Both the position numbers and the translations under genes were made by a program. Under the pieces are notes generated by a model. That model had not been told where the DNA came from. It worked only from the letters and a program-made list of their open reading frames with translations, and made no database searches. Of a DNA stretch of 64,000 nucleotides, positions 1 through 13,234 are shown piece by piece. Source of the DNA: Lepidodermella squamata (Eukaryota > Animalia > Gastrotricha); contig JBLDXI010000046.1 in NCBI GenBank assembly GCA_047495785.1, positions 1,757,301 through 1,821,300 on the forward strand, in the 5' to 3' direction. Positions within the stretch are counted from its first letter, which is position 1, and each line of letters starts with the position of its first letter.

Positions 1-3000
1 GTTCTGGCCTGTGTGCTCCGCCGTCGACATGCGTCGTTGATGTCGCTGATGTCCCGTTGTAGGGTCTCTGGTCTATTGTAGGCTTCAAGCTTGCTAGTTA
101 ATTCTTAGCGACCCCTTTTCTGCCCAGTTTTTTCGTCCTTTTATGTCTCTTGCTCTCGCTCCTCGCAGCATTTTTTATGGGCCTTGGGTCGCGACGAGTT
201 GCTTCCGTCATAAGAATTCTACTCGTTGGAGGTTGCCAGGACCCAGCAACCCTTAGTTCTTAGCTTGGGTCACTCGTCACCTGTTGGTCTATTCATATAG
301 AGTCGATATGCAGTCAGCTTTATCGTTAATCATTAATTACTCTTTGAGCGTTGTCATGTCCTTACTGAAGTGCGAGGTTGGCAAACGATTGAGGGATGAC
401 CAACCTAGTCAAGTGCAGAAAGCTGTTGAAAGCGTTTGCAGATTTACTTGATATCAGCTGCGAAGCTAACGTAACGCTGCTCACATGATTGTTCCTTGCT
501 ATTAGTTCATCAAAATGTGAATGTCACTGCTTATATTACCTTTAAAATTAAAAAAATGATGCAAAAGCTTCATCCCACTCTCAGAGGTATAGACTGATTG
601 GTAAAAGCCAGAGCTGAAGTCGGAATTATCATGACTTCAGCAATTCTCTAAACTGCGAAAAATCGGCCCTTAACATCATTATTCTCATGTTGGGAATTAT
701 ATTTCCGTTAGTACTTTTCATGCTAGTGCTCCTTATTGCCCATATCATTCCAGAAATTGCAGTAGGCCTCCATCTTTTTTGTAGAGTATCCGTTCGGTGT
801 TTGGAACAAGTATTTTTGATTGCTTCCTTAACATCTAAAATCCACTTTGATATATTGTTTCGATGTTCACCCGTGTTGTGTTGTGTGATTTCCACTTCCC
901 TATCAAACAGTTTTCAGTCTGAGAGTTAATGATTCCTCAAACGGCGCGCATATTAGATTTAAGGGATTTGATGGATAAATCACAATAAGGCCGTAATATA
1001 TTTTCCCATTAATGGTTTTCCAATTTGAGCCTGAATGCCCATGTTAAACATCGGAACCGCGGTGAGTCGGGTTATAAACCTTAACCTGAAGTCCATGTAT
1101 ATTGCATGTATACCACTGATGATTTGACCCAGAAATCCATCCAACCATTCGAATTATGACTTATCGCTTCGTTAAAAATAATCACGTGCTTTTGTTATTG
1201 TTATTGCACGGGCTCAAAACCAATGTGTTTTATGTTTCGGCGCTATTAGCTTTTAGCACTTGTGTTGTTATAGTTTTTACTTGAGCCTATCACTGCTTAG
1301 TTGTGCGCTTTCTGAGTTATTTTTCCGAGCTGAGCCTGGGTTTCAGGTAAGCAATTCAGCAAATGGTATAACCATTCTTTGCTCATTTATTACGCGCCCC
1401 ATTAACTAGGCAACGCGGCGGGCTGTTTTACTGCAATGCTAAACTGGCAAGTTGGAGCGGCCAGAATGTGTGATCATAGTGTCATAAACAGGGTTAGAGT
1501 ATTCAGGCGGAGAGAGCGATGGGTTATTTCCTCATTTAGCAACGTGCATTCTTGGCCAACTCGGCCGCGTGCGAATCATCACATTTATTTCACAATTATT
1601 ATTATTATTATTATTACCAGTAGGTAGGCCAGCTCCGTGCAATCTCATGATATAAAAACGCGTTGTGTTTACTCTACACACAGCTGCGTGCATCAATTTT
1701 GGCTCAGTGCGACTCACGTGTATACTCATGAGCTTGTATATGCCTCAAGTACACGCATATGTATACCTTTAGCTGCTTGGAGCTAATTTTTTGCAGTAAC
1801 GTATTACTACGGCTCGTGGTCTCCCACAACTTACGATGATATCTTCTGCGCTTTTCTTGCACAATATTTGTTTGCCTTGACTCGGCGTACTTGTTCCTTC
1901 AGCGATAATCTATTAGACGTACCAAAGTTGTTTGGCACGATGCTATTTTTGTGCCCCAGTTTGTCTCAATATCGTTTTCCCTGGTGATCTGTGTTGTTTT
2001 GTCTTTTATCAAAGACGGTAATGAAGAAGTCGATGTCGCCCGTCTCTATTTGCTGTTGTTGGGCAATAATGGCGATGATGATCTTTTTTCTCTCAATTTT
2101 CCTCACTTGCTTATCGATCGGTCTAATTGTTTTTGCGTATATGGCGACGTCGGATATGTGCATGTATTGCGCTTAGGACGCACAGCTGCACGCGCGCTCT
2201 CCTCCGCTCGATACCGCCGCGAATGAGTATAATAAGTGCATAAAGTTTCGGCGGTCGATCGATCGATCGATCGGTTCTTTCATACTCCGTTGTCACACAC
2301 ACACACAAACTCATATGAACTGCTAAGTCTGCGCGCGCGCTCGGATTCCGCCCGTCTATCGTTTTTTCTCTGTCGATGCCATGCCACTGTGTTTCGCCTT
2401 CGAACATTATTATTATTACTCTGGTATGGCAGAGGAAGAAAAATGTATGTTTGCGCTCTCGCGGCGTCGTATGTCATCTTGTACTTTCACTTAAACAGAA
2501 AAAGTAGCATATATGCGGTAGTAGTCTGCGCCTCCATCGTCTCCGCTAGCACAACAGAATTTATACGTCTACTATTACAACATAGCCCGTCACTTGATTA
2601 GAGAGCAGCTCTGCGTCAAATAATAATAATAATAACAGCAGCAGCAGCAGCGAAATATCGTCTATATCGACAAATTCTGGTTGTCTGGTTCGCAGCCAGC
2701 GCCTTGTTCTTTTCGCATTATTTGCCGTTCAAATTGAGCATTATCCGCCTCATCAAAGCTGTGACACATCATTGTCATCGTCGTCGTCGTCATTAAGGCG
2801 GCGGCGCCTTGTTATTTTTGTTGTTTTGTTTGCTCGATTTTTGTGCAGCCAAATTTTCATGTTGTTCCTTCCATCGATTTTAGGCCAATGTTACCTCGAA
2901 ATTATTGAGCAAGGCGTGAGGAGCAGCAGCGACATAAAGCCGCCGCGCCACTACCCGCCCATATCCATCATCATCTACCACAGTCGAATCGAAGGAGGAA

Positions 3001-3078
3001 AACTGCTGTAGACCACACTCGCCCGTTTTACTTCTACTAATATTATTATCTTATTATTATTATTTTCGTCGATTAAAA

Positions 3079-4241
3079 ATGGCAACGACGTCGTCTTCGA
3101 ATGCGAAAATCCCGCCCGACAAGATCAACGTGCGAGTGATCGTGATAACCGGTCAGACGGTCGATTTGCTGTGTGTGCCCGATGAATCAGCTCAATCCAT
3201 CGTCGATCGGCTCTACGAGTCGTGGCCCGCGAACTGGGACGCGGCTCACAAACCTGCAACTAACATTTTACGGCTCATTTATCAAGGACGATTCCTTCAC
3301 GGCAGCGTCACGCTTTCAGGTAAAAGACAAACCCTTCGCCCCCTCGCGCCATCTTCTTATCGATTTTACGATCTCAGATTACTTGACCTCTTAACCAGGT
3401 TCACACGATGATTCATTTGTTTTGAATTTTTTCATCCCCTCACAGGTCTCAATCTCCCTCTCGGTAAAACAGTTGTGATGCATGTGGTGCCACGAGAGCA
3501 ATTACCAGAACCAGGCAGCCAAGGTCAGTTGCTTTTCATCCTCACCTATAACTGTTGAACTGGAAAAAAGCGAATGATGAAAATCCTATATAGGGATATA
3601 ATTTAGGAATTTATTCTTGAGGAAAAAACGTTACAGGGCTGTTGTTTATTTTCAGCCCTGGTTTAGTTAGGAAGATTATCAAACCGGACATTTTTACTTG
3701 TAAATCGCCGGCTAAAAGGGTCCTAATTACCGGGTGTAGCAATCAGCGAAATTTCGTCGGCTTCAAAATGAAGAAATAGAGTCGTTGTCAATAACCACTC
3801 GGTCTGATAAACTGTTCAATTAGGTTGTTCCTAATGAAAAATCGATTTTTTTGAGTAAAATTAGCTAATAGGGTTCTCAAAATTAACGGTTTAGTTGTGG
3901 ATAGGCTCAAACACACAAAAATGCTTGAAGACCCCCGAATAGCGCTGATTTTCTAAACAATTTCCAGCAATTATTTCATCTATTTCGACCAATTTTAGGG
4001 GATGGATTTTGATAGTCTGTGAATATCCGAATTTCAATATTTGAGGCGGGTTTGGAAACTTGACTGATCGTTTAGAGGCTCCTTTAGCTTGCGCGAAACT
4101 TGATTTTTAGCTGTTTATCAATATACCTAATGATGGACGCATTTTATTCATAATATTTCGTTTCTCTTTTTTTTAGATAAGCTGAAAAAAGACAAAGAAG
4201 CAAGTACAAGTCGAGAGTGCAGGTGCTGCACAATATTGTGA
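3079..4241 (+). CDS. UBL3: Ubiquitin-like protein 3 (membrane-anchored ubiquitin fold), 3 exons: ~3079-3319, 3446-3523, 4177-4241
   Basis: IPPDKINVR...LRLIYQGRFLHGSVTL in exon 1; LPLGKTVVMHVVPREQLPEP in exon 2; exon 3 ends in a CAAX box (CRCCTIL-stop); GT-AG introns keep the frame. Confidence 0.93.
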
Positions 4242-7117
4242 TCTGATCCATTTACCCCGTTTTCGATTTCCTATTACCACTACTACTACTACTACTACTA
4301 CTATTACTCGCTTGATCAAACGTGAAACAACAAATAATCGAGACTTCAACAATAATAATAATAATTGAGCTCTGCGGCCCGCTTCATCGTCGTCTGTCGG
4401 TGTTTTGATATTCGTACCTCCCTCGTGTGTTTCATCCTCGTCGTCGTCAGCAACTGGGTCAGCCACTTGAGCTGCTGGTTTTTACCAGGTTTTACTCGCC
4501 AACCGCCGCAAAACGAGATAGTAGTTTTAATACCGAGTACTTATAGCACTCTTATTTTTGCTGAAATGAGCCTAGACGTTGTTTTACAATGTATACCCAC
4601 TGATTTTGCTTGTCGTTGTGGCCGCACAAAAAAGATGATGATTGTTTTATCCCTTGGAAACTTTGGCATGTTTCGTTCACCTGATACCGACGTGCATGCC
4701 TGAGCACAACCTGCGTGTTACAAATACTATAGATGATGTTGACGATGATGGAGTGTCAGAGAACAAAAAGAAATCCATACCTATATAATATTTTCTCGCA
4801 ACGAGCTTTCTTTCGAATGCACCGAGCGCGAATGTTGAGCGATGATGATGAACGGCTTCTATACGGATGATGATACCAATATTCGAACGCGCTTGGGCTT
4901 TTTACGTTTTTCTTGCTGATATATAAATACGTATATTATATTAGACTGAAGTAATTGAATGATAGAGCGTAAATACACACACACACACACACACGATTAT
5001 TTTTTCAAATTTATACGTGTGTTGTTGTTATTTGTTGATACATGTAAATACACATACATATTTTCGGATTCGCTTCGCATCGAGACGGCGGCCGACATCA
5101 ATTTTTTTGTATGATGATTATTATTGAAAATCGAGTCATTTCTTTCTCTCTCTTCTCTCTCTCTCTCTCCGTTCCGTCGCTCCACCTCGATGTATGCGTG
5201 TCGAATGAAACAACCATACGAAAAACTATGTGCAAGACGATATCTTTGCTATAAATATTACCTATCTCTTCTACTACTAAAAGAGTCAGTCATTTTCACT
5301 TTGATGATGATAATAAGTATTTTTCAGTCGCTACATAAAAACATTATATATGATTATATTTTTTGTTGTTGAAAAAAGTAACGGAAGGACAAAACACTAC
5401 CTGTGCTATCATTCATCATGTCTTGGTTTTTCCAAAAGCGCATTTCAAGTTGATTATTTCTGCTGTCACAAATCCAGTAATAGGAAAAATAATTACCTAA
5501 ATTGCGCCAAGAGAAGAGCAACGCCAATTCGATCGATAAATTCGATCGATTAGCTTGCTCTTTTTTTATTCGCGTGTTTTTTCATCATCGCAAAACAATA
5601 ATAATAATAATGAAGTCTAATCGTATTTAATGCGCTTATCAAATTTTGATGAACAGTGTTTCCTCCTTCGTCTCGTTCTGATTCAAAAAATGATACATCC
5701 ATACGTATATGAATAGAGAAGCGATTATATTTTATTACCACTATTGTACTCGAATGAATCCATGAAGATGAAGCCATGTTTCAAAAGCAAACAGAATATC
5801 TCGCGTTGATTGAAAAAAATCGCTACATATATACATACACTGAATACATAAATACATACATTATTTACGTTATTATTTGCTGGCCGTGTTACGGTCAAGA
5901 AGATTTGAAAAAACGGAGAAATTGAAATATTAAAAACGAATTGTTGAACTGGTACTACGGCGTTTTTTTATGTATTTATTGATTGCAATCCTGGAACATT
6001 TTGTATACTGCGCTTTTTCTACCTACCTATACGTTCCAAGTGTTTGAGCATCAGCGATGCGGAAGGCGATGAAAAAGTGCGCGTATCGGATGATGAGGTT
6101 ACGTGCGGAAACAAACCGTAAAAAATGTGTTGTTATGGCGCTTCCAGGTCTTTTCACAATCCCGCCGAGGTTACCCGAAGCCGATATTATAAAATAGGCC
6201 GGTGTTCTATTATTATAACATGCTGCTGCAGCGAGAGAAATAAATTGCTGCGCACACAATTTAACCTCACCTCTATACGATATAATTTGGTAGACCTACC
6301 TATGCTACATACATTTCTTACCAGCAGATCGTAGATGATTCAAATTCACTCAGCTATTGAGCAAAAAGTTTGAAAAGGTACACGAGCTTCACAAGCTTTT
6401 CAATAGCCAAATCACCGTTTATTACCTATTTGGTCCTTGATATCCAGACATGATTCCTAATAATAGATTCATTCTGCTAAAATATGAATGTGCACATAAA
6501 AAGGCTCATATCCAGGCAAGTTGCGCATTAATCGAACAATGTGATATAGGTAGCACGCACATGCAGTATTAATCACCGAGTGGCCGTCTCTAACAACACC
6601 CGCCGGTCTTCTTCTTCCTTCTCTTATTCTCCCTACCTAGTCTTCCATCTACTCTTCCCTTCTTCTTAGTTATCTTGCTTAGCTCTTCATTTCTTCCCTT
6701 TATAGAAAATTTCTGCTTTTATGAATCACTGACGCAAGCAATCAGCATTTGACTCATTTCAATTTTAAAATTATTAAGGCGCACTTTTTATTATAATATC
6801 GTTTGCTGTTTTACGCACACCGCAATTGAAACTTAGATTAAAAGTCTAATCGAATATCAGCAGGAGACAAGATCTCTTTCGCGATCTGTTCATTTCTGAT
6901 TCAAAACTTATCGTTTCTGAATCTTCCAATCTATCTTGCCAAGTAGCCCCTTTACCTACATAGGTATATTATCAACCCGTCAAGAGGAAAATGCCTCCTC
7001 CCTTCGCCCTTACGTAAAATTGTGAGAAAAGCTGCTAATATTCGCTGTCTTTTTTCACTTCAAAACGATAAGAATTGAGATGTTTCCTTAGCTGCTTTTA
7101 GAAAACAATTAGCATTC

Positions 7118-8442
7118 ATGGCTGCTGAAGTACCTCAGGAAGAGGATGAGATGAAGAATCTCTCCAAGGTAAAGCGTCAGAATTTTCAGACTACTTAATA
7201 TATTCGCTATTAATATCTGATCTTCGAAGATCCTCGAAAATCTTTACCTAGGCGATCTGGAAAACTCGTTGGATCGAGATTTGCTCGACAAATACGGCAT
7301 TCAAGACATCATCAGTGTCTTGGACAACCCTAAGCGAGAATTCAGGGATATGAACTATTTGCTCATCGATATCGCCGACAGCCCTGCGTCACACATTGAA
7401 GATCATTTTCCGAAGGCGCTGAATTTCATTCATAAAGCGCGCATGGAAGGTCGACCGGTGCTTGTTCATTGGTAAGCATCCTTTTTACTCTATTTCAGTT
7501 CCTCTTTTGTCTTAAAATCATGCTGTTCAAATAATTAAGCGAGATTCTATTGTAAGATATAATTTTTGGCATAGTAGATTGTAGTGATCATTTTATGTAG
7601 TTAGGAGTTGGGACTTCATAAAACATAGGTAATTAGTGACATCAATTTCAATTACATGCCGTAGCGTTTAAATAAATTAAAATACGGAATGTCGCTTGCG
7701 TATTGCGCGGATTCAGTCTAGGAAATAGACGCGACGTTGCAAAAAAAGCTTAAATTGTACCGACCGTGATCCGGAACCCAACCCCACCTTTAACCCAGAC
7801 CAAATTACGCGGAATGCGGAATTCCAGAAAACGCCACGGCATAGTCATTAGCTGCGCAGATTCACTTTTCTAGTTGAAGAAATTTGAGGCGATCTCAGGG
7901 CAATCACGCATAAGAATCATTTCTAACACCAATATAGAACTTCAAACATGCCAGCACCTGGGGCATCCCAGCAATCAAATCAGCTCTCAATTATATATAT
8001 AAGGATTTGCAGCTACTAGACGCTGGGCGGTTGGCGGGGAGTGTTCCGTCAAAAGTTGTTGAAAAGGAAGACTGAATAGGAATAGGAGGAAAAAAAAGCA
8101 AATAAACTGACGAGGTTAGAAAATATTTATCTGAGTATTTATTTTTCGAAATTTTACAGTGCTGTTGGTATCTCGCGCAGTGCGACCTTGATAATCGCCT
8201 ATTTGGTCACGATATCGCGAAGGAAATGGCAGGTATGTATGGAGGCAGTTCAAATGGCGCGACCTGAAGTTTACCCGAACATGGGTTTCCGCCGTCAGTT
8301 GCAACTGTACCAAGATTCGCTGAAACGAATGATCAATAACTCGCCACCCAATTGCGCGCAAATGATGGCGATGCAACAGTATTGGAATTACCCACTACGA
8401 AATACCGATCTTAAAACTATCGATGCATTACTTGCTCCGTGA
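7118..8442 (+). CDS. Atypical dual-specificity phosphatase, paralogue 1 (exons ~7118-7168, 7230-7471, 8160-8442)
   Basis: ILENLYLGD, D-loop IADSP; spliced catalytic motif VHCAVGISRS with the Cys codon split by an intron; RPEVYPNMGFRRQL. Confidence 0.88.
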
Positions 8443-9170
8443 ATGGATCAACTTTTCTCCCAGGCGAAAAACGAAAAAACGCGCTTAGAGCGATGGACAC
8501 CACACCTGAAACCAGCAATTAAAATCCGAATTGTATAGTACTACGAAACTGACTTTAATACTTACCTGACTTCATGACTTTTATCACGTTTTGGAAAGAT
8601 GAATATTTTTGCAAATTGCTTGAAGTGAGACAGTAAATCTTTGCCTGAAACAGGTTTCCCAATTATAAATCAATTTTCAAAAAATTCAAGATGAATAATT
8701 TATTAGCCGATTCAAATATGATATAGGAATGGCTAATACATGGCTAATATGTAAGTAAGTATGCTGCAGTGTGGCGACGCATGCTGAATACGTCGCGATG
8801 ACTAATGCCGACAGTATATATGCCGTGAACGAGATAAAAAGTGTTGCAGTTAATGGGTAAAATAGCCAAAACACAGAAAACTTGAATTGCCAAGTTGCAA
8901 TGTTTCCTCTCTTGATGATTATTATAGTAGAAAGTGTCCGTGATTGCATTCCGCGCTCCTTTGCTTTCAATAGAAGGCACTCCAGACGCATATATCATAT
9001 ATATTGGCAGGCGCGGCAACGTGCTCTAAAACACTCTTTTCATTGAAATAACGTTCTTTTGAACAGCACTTTAAAAGTAATTACCGCGATGCATGGAAAC
9101 CTTTTTTTTTAATTCTAGAACTGGAAATTTGTCCTTTTGCACGTATAGTTGTTTAATTATTATTTGGATA

Positions 9171-10249
9171 ATGTCCAAGGTGAGATTTATATCAAGCTTA
9201 TAGAATTCTGAGCCATTACACACATTTTTTAATTAGATTTTAGATAACCTGTACTTGGGCGATATTGAGGATGCAGTTAATAAAAGGGGAACGCTCGAAA
9301 AACTCGGTATAAAAGCCATCGTGAGCCTGGTGGATGGGCACGGCCGCGAGGCACACGTCAGGCAGGTACTCAGATCGGAAGAAGAGAGCGGCAAAAGAGA
9401 TATCGCGTATCTTCACATCGACATTGAAGACAGCCCTGCTGAGTACATCGATCGCCACTTCTCAACATGCCTTCATTTTATTCACGAAGCTCGCATGGCC
9501 AAAAAGCCTGTACTAGTGCATTGGTATGTTTTTTCCTCTTCCCTTCTGATCTCCCTCTCCTCCTGACATCGAGCTATTAGGGTAAAGCTTTTTAGTAAAT
9601 TTGTATCATCTGAACCCTCGAAGTTCAAGGGTTCAGCTTTTATTGACCATAAAATTCCATTAACATTCTAGTAACGCGAAATCAGGTCAAACAGGACAAA
9701 TTTATCCAAGTGCTTGGTGGGTCTCGTAATTTGTCAAAACCAATAATCCTGAATTTATGGAGCATCGGACCAAGATGAGGACTCATGTTGAACATTGGTA
9801 CCAACAATGCGAAAAAGGAAAAAGCAGGACTTAATTTTTTTCAGAGCCATTTTTTAACCCCAAATTACGGTATGTCTCATAATATTGAATCGAATATGCG
9901 AAGAATTCGTACGACTAATTAATTGGTACAAGACTTCCACTTGATATCGCTATCCCTTTTGTTGCAAGTAACTAAGATTTTTATTTTACTATGCAGTATT
10001 TTCGGAATTTCTCGAAGCGCATCGATCGTGATAGCTTACCTCATGGCTATATCGAACCTCGACTGGTCTACGTGTTTGAATGCAGTTAGAAAGCGGCGAC
10101 CTCAAGCAAGTCCGAACGAAGGCTTCTTGCAGCAGCTATCCGAGTATCAAATTCTCTTGGGAAAATTGAATCACAACCTGCTTCCGTACCGAAATTACCC
10201 GAATCGTGACAAAGACATAACGGCTATCAAGAAGCTAGATTCAGAATGA
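9171..10249 (+). CDS. Atypical dual-specificity phosphatase, paralogue 2
   Basis: MSK|ILDNLYLGD, IEDSP, spliced VHCIFGISRS, RPQASPNEGFLQQL; same intron positions as paralogue 1. Confidence 0.88.
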
Positions 10250-11099
10250 TTAGATGATAACAGCTATTTATAACAAGAGAATCTACATTCATTGATGATT
10301 CTCCGGCTATTCGGCTGAATTCGAAGCCTGACTTCATGCTTTGTTGTAATTTTTTAGTAAAACATGAATTATGATTGTAAAAACCCGATTAATTTTGATC
10401 TTTCGAGCGACCCAGAGCGGAAAAGTTTGTATAACACTCGAAGTATAAAATCTGTGCATCAAGAAAAATTTAGCCCAAAAAATAAGCAGCTCAACATTCA
10501 ACGCGTTAGTTGCACCAAAAGTTACTCAGGTCCCGACATGAATTGTAGCCGAATTTTGGTCGAAGCAGAATTAATTTTGAGGTGGCAGCTGCGTTGCGAC
10601 GCGACGACTATCCTAATATGGAATATCGCAGAGAGCTATTGGTTATCCATACAATGCTGCATTGCGTCTACGTAAGTACCGCTCACGGTGAATCATCGGT
10701 GAATCATCGCGCAAATAATTCTGGGCACGCGCCTGCAATATACGATATAAGGCTATGCGAGCTATTGCATCAGGTGAATTAGTTGGGTTGTAAAAAAAGT
10801 CAACGAGTGGGCCCAACGGAGTTTTCTATACTATGATAATTGTTAAACTACATTTTCTAAGTAAATTACCATTTTCTCTCCAAAGATTACGAAAATTACG
10901 ACAGCAGCTGCTTTGTACCTACTATTTGTTTTACGCTAATTTCTTATCAACAATGTAGGTATAGGAGGTAATATATGAGCAATGATGCTCAGCAATCCAA
11001 CCGACCATCCGCCAATTTAATTTTAGTCACTCAAATTATTTGGCATCTCGAGTTCAGAGAATTCAAGATTTTTTGTCGATTTTAGAGATTTTCAAATCC

Positions 11100-11663
11100 A
11101 TGTCCAAGATTATAGAACATCTGTATTTGGGCAACTACGACGATGCCCACGATCCTCAATTTTTGAAAAAAATGGACATCAAACATATTGTATCGATTCT
11201 CGACAAGCGATGCCTCGGTTCTTTCGATCACATCAACTACCTTAGTCTTGAACTGAAAGACTTCCCCAATTCGGATATTACGCAATTTTTTCCAGATGTT
11301 ATTCAATTCATTCACCAAGCAAGGCTGAAAAATGAAGCCGTCCTTGTTCATTGGTAACTTCATCATTGACATAGAATATTATTCATGAAAACCTCGCAAT
11401 TATAATTTAGCGCCTTTGGAATTTCACGAAGCGTTACCCTAGTTGGAAGTTATCTAGTAGCAGTCTCTGGGCTGCCGTCTAATCAGGTGCTCAGTGCGAT
11501 TCGAACATGCCGCCGGATCGCTTCGCCGAATGCCGGGTTCAAACGGCAGTTGCTTCTATTTTACGAAGAGCAGCGTAATAATTACAAGCAACTGCGCCAG
11601 TACGAGGGAAATCAACGTGATGTCGAGCACATTCGATCTCTTGTCAGACCTATAAGGTTATAG
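11100..11663 (+). CDS. Atypical dual-specificity phosphatase, paralogue 3 (2 coding exons)
   Basis: MSKIIEHLYLG, spliced VHCAFGISRS (intron ~11354-11410), ASPNAGFKRQL, stop TAG 11661-11663. Confidence 0.88.
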
Positions 11664-12160
11664 ATATTTCAATTATAAATGAGTTAAACCTAGACATCCG
11701 AGTTAACTTCCTGTTTTCTATCTGCGGTCCTCTCGGCCCAAATCTTGTGATCGAAATGTCATACTTTTATGAATTTGTATGCCTGTACTATGCCTTTTGT
11801 ATTCCTTGTTTTTCTATGAAACGTTTTTCAGTGAAGACGACGGGCCAACAATAGAAGACTTGCGGAAGATGAAATGGCCAACCTGCTTCACTCAGCAAAC
11901 AGACTTGTAAACATAAGGTGGAGATGCAAATCCATGCAAATATTATATACAAATTGTGTGCAATTTTTAGCGAATAAAAGTGATGATATACCTAAGGCTG
12001 AAAAGAATGTATGTATCGATTCCGACTTCTTTAATTCTATGCTACCGAAAATAACATATGAACTGATGGCGAAATGAAAAATGTGTCATGCAAAATAGCG
12101 AGAAATTCGCACGTGCTTCGTTTCTTGACTTCTCCCTCCATCTTATAGGATTGTGTTATT

Positions 12161-12777
12161 ATGTCTAAAATTTTGGAGAATTTGTATCTTGGAGACTACG
12201 ACGATGCCAGAGATGCCCATTTTCTTAAAGAGAAGCAAATCAAGCACATCGTGTCGATATTGGATCGGCGATCTCGTGATCATTCTTTCAAGGCCATTAA
12301 CCACCTAAACCTTGAACTCCTTGACATTCCAGATTCGAATATCGCCCAATTTTTCCCGAAAGTCATTCAATTTATTCACCAGGCCAGAACGAAAAATGAA
12401 GCTGTTCTAGTCCACTGGCAAGTCTATTATATTCTTATTTTCCCTAAAATAATGTAACAAAAATCAGTGCTCTAGGTGTCTCGCGAAGCGTGACACTAGT
12501 TGGTGCGTATCTGATCGCAATTACAGGCATGCAGGCGAATGAAGTTCTCAGCGCAATACACACCTGCCGATTGATCGCATCGCCTAACGATGGATTTAAA
12601 AAGCAACTGCATAATTTTTGTCAAGAAAAGCGGAATAATTTCACAAATCTGCGCCAATACGAAGGTAATTTTCAATCTCCTTACTTCGTACTATTCCCTT
12701 GTCCTTCAATTGCCCAAATCTCTTTTCCAGGTAATCAGCGCGATGTGAATCACATTCGATGCCTTGTCAAACGTTGA
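12161..12777 (+). CDS. Atypical dual-specificity phosphatase, paralogue 4
   Basis: MSKILENLYLGD, VHCALGVSRS reconstructed through a GC-AG intron (12418-12467), ASPNDGFKKQL; probable extra intron 12665-12730. Confidence 0.85.
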
Positions 12778-13234
12778 AAGGCGAGCAAGCCATTCAAAAT
12801 TATTGTGATAATCGATCTGTTTTTTTATCTACCATGCAATTAAGTTATAGACGAATAAAGATGACGACTGTAAGAATACCCGATAGTATCCGCTTATGGT
12901 CAAAGTATGTATGGCCTGGGCTATCCACGACCCCTTGACTAACCCAAACTGAAATTTTGAACCAAAATTTTTCAAAACCTAGATGTGACCCTGACCCCAG
13001 CACTTCTAAATTTCACGTAGAGCTTGATGAAAAAAAACGAAATTGATTGTTGAGAAGAGCAGTAGAGGTATTTTATTATTTAACATTCAGTATAAAACGA
13101 ACGAAAATTCAATCATTGGATGAAATCGACAACCACTCCCAAGTGTCAATGAAGTCCGCGTGAAATGTTAGCTTCCGATGACGAATAGTAGCACAAGAGC
13201 GAGAATTCTGAAAGTCCCATTCATAGCAGCGTCG

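Noticed and set aside
1-3078. Short ORFs and simple repeats (ATT, CA, GATC) upstream of UBL3
   Set aside because: Low-complexity UTR, intronic or intergenic sequence with no protein motifs I can support.
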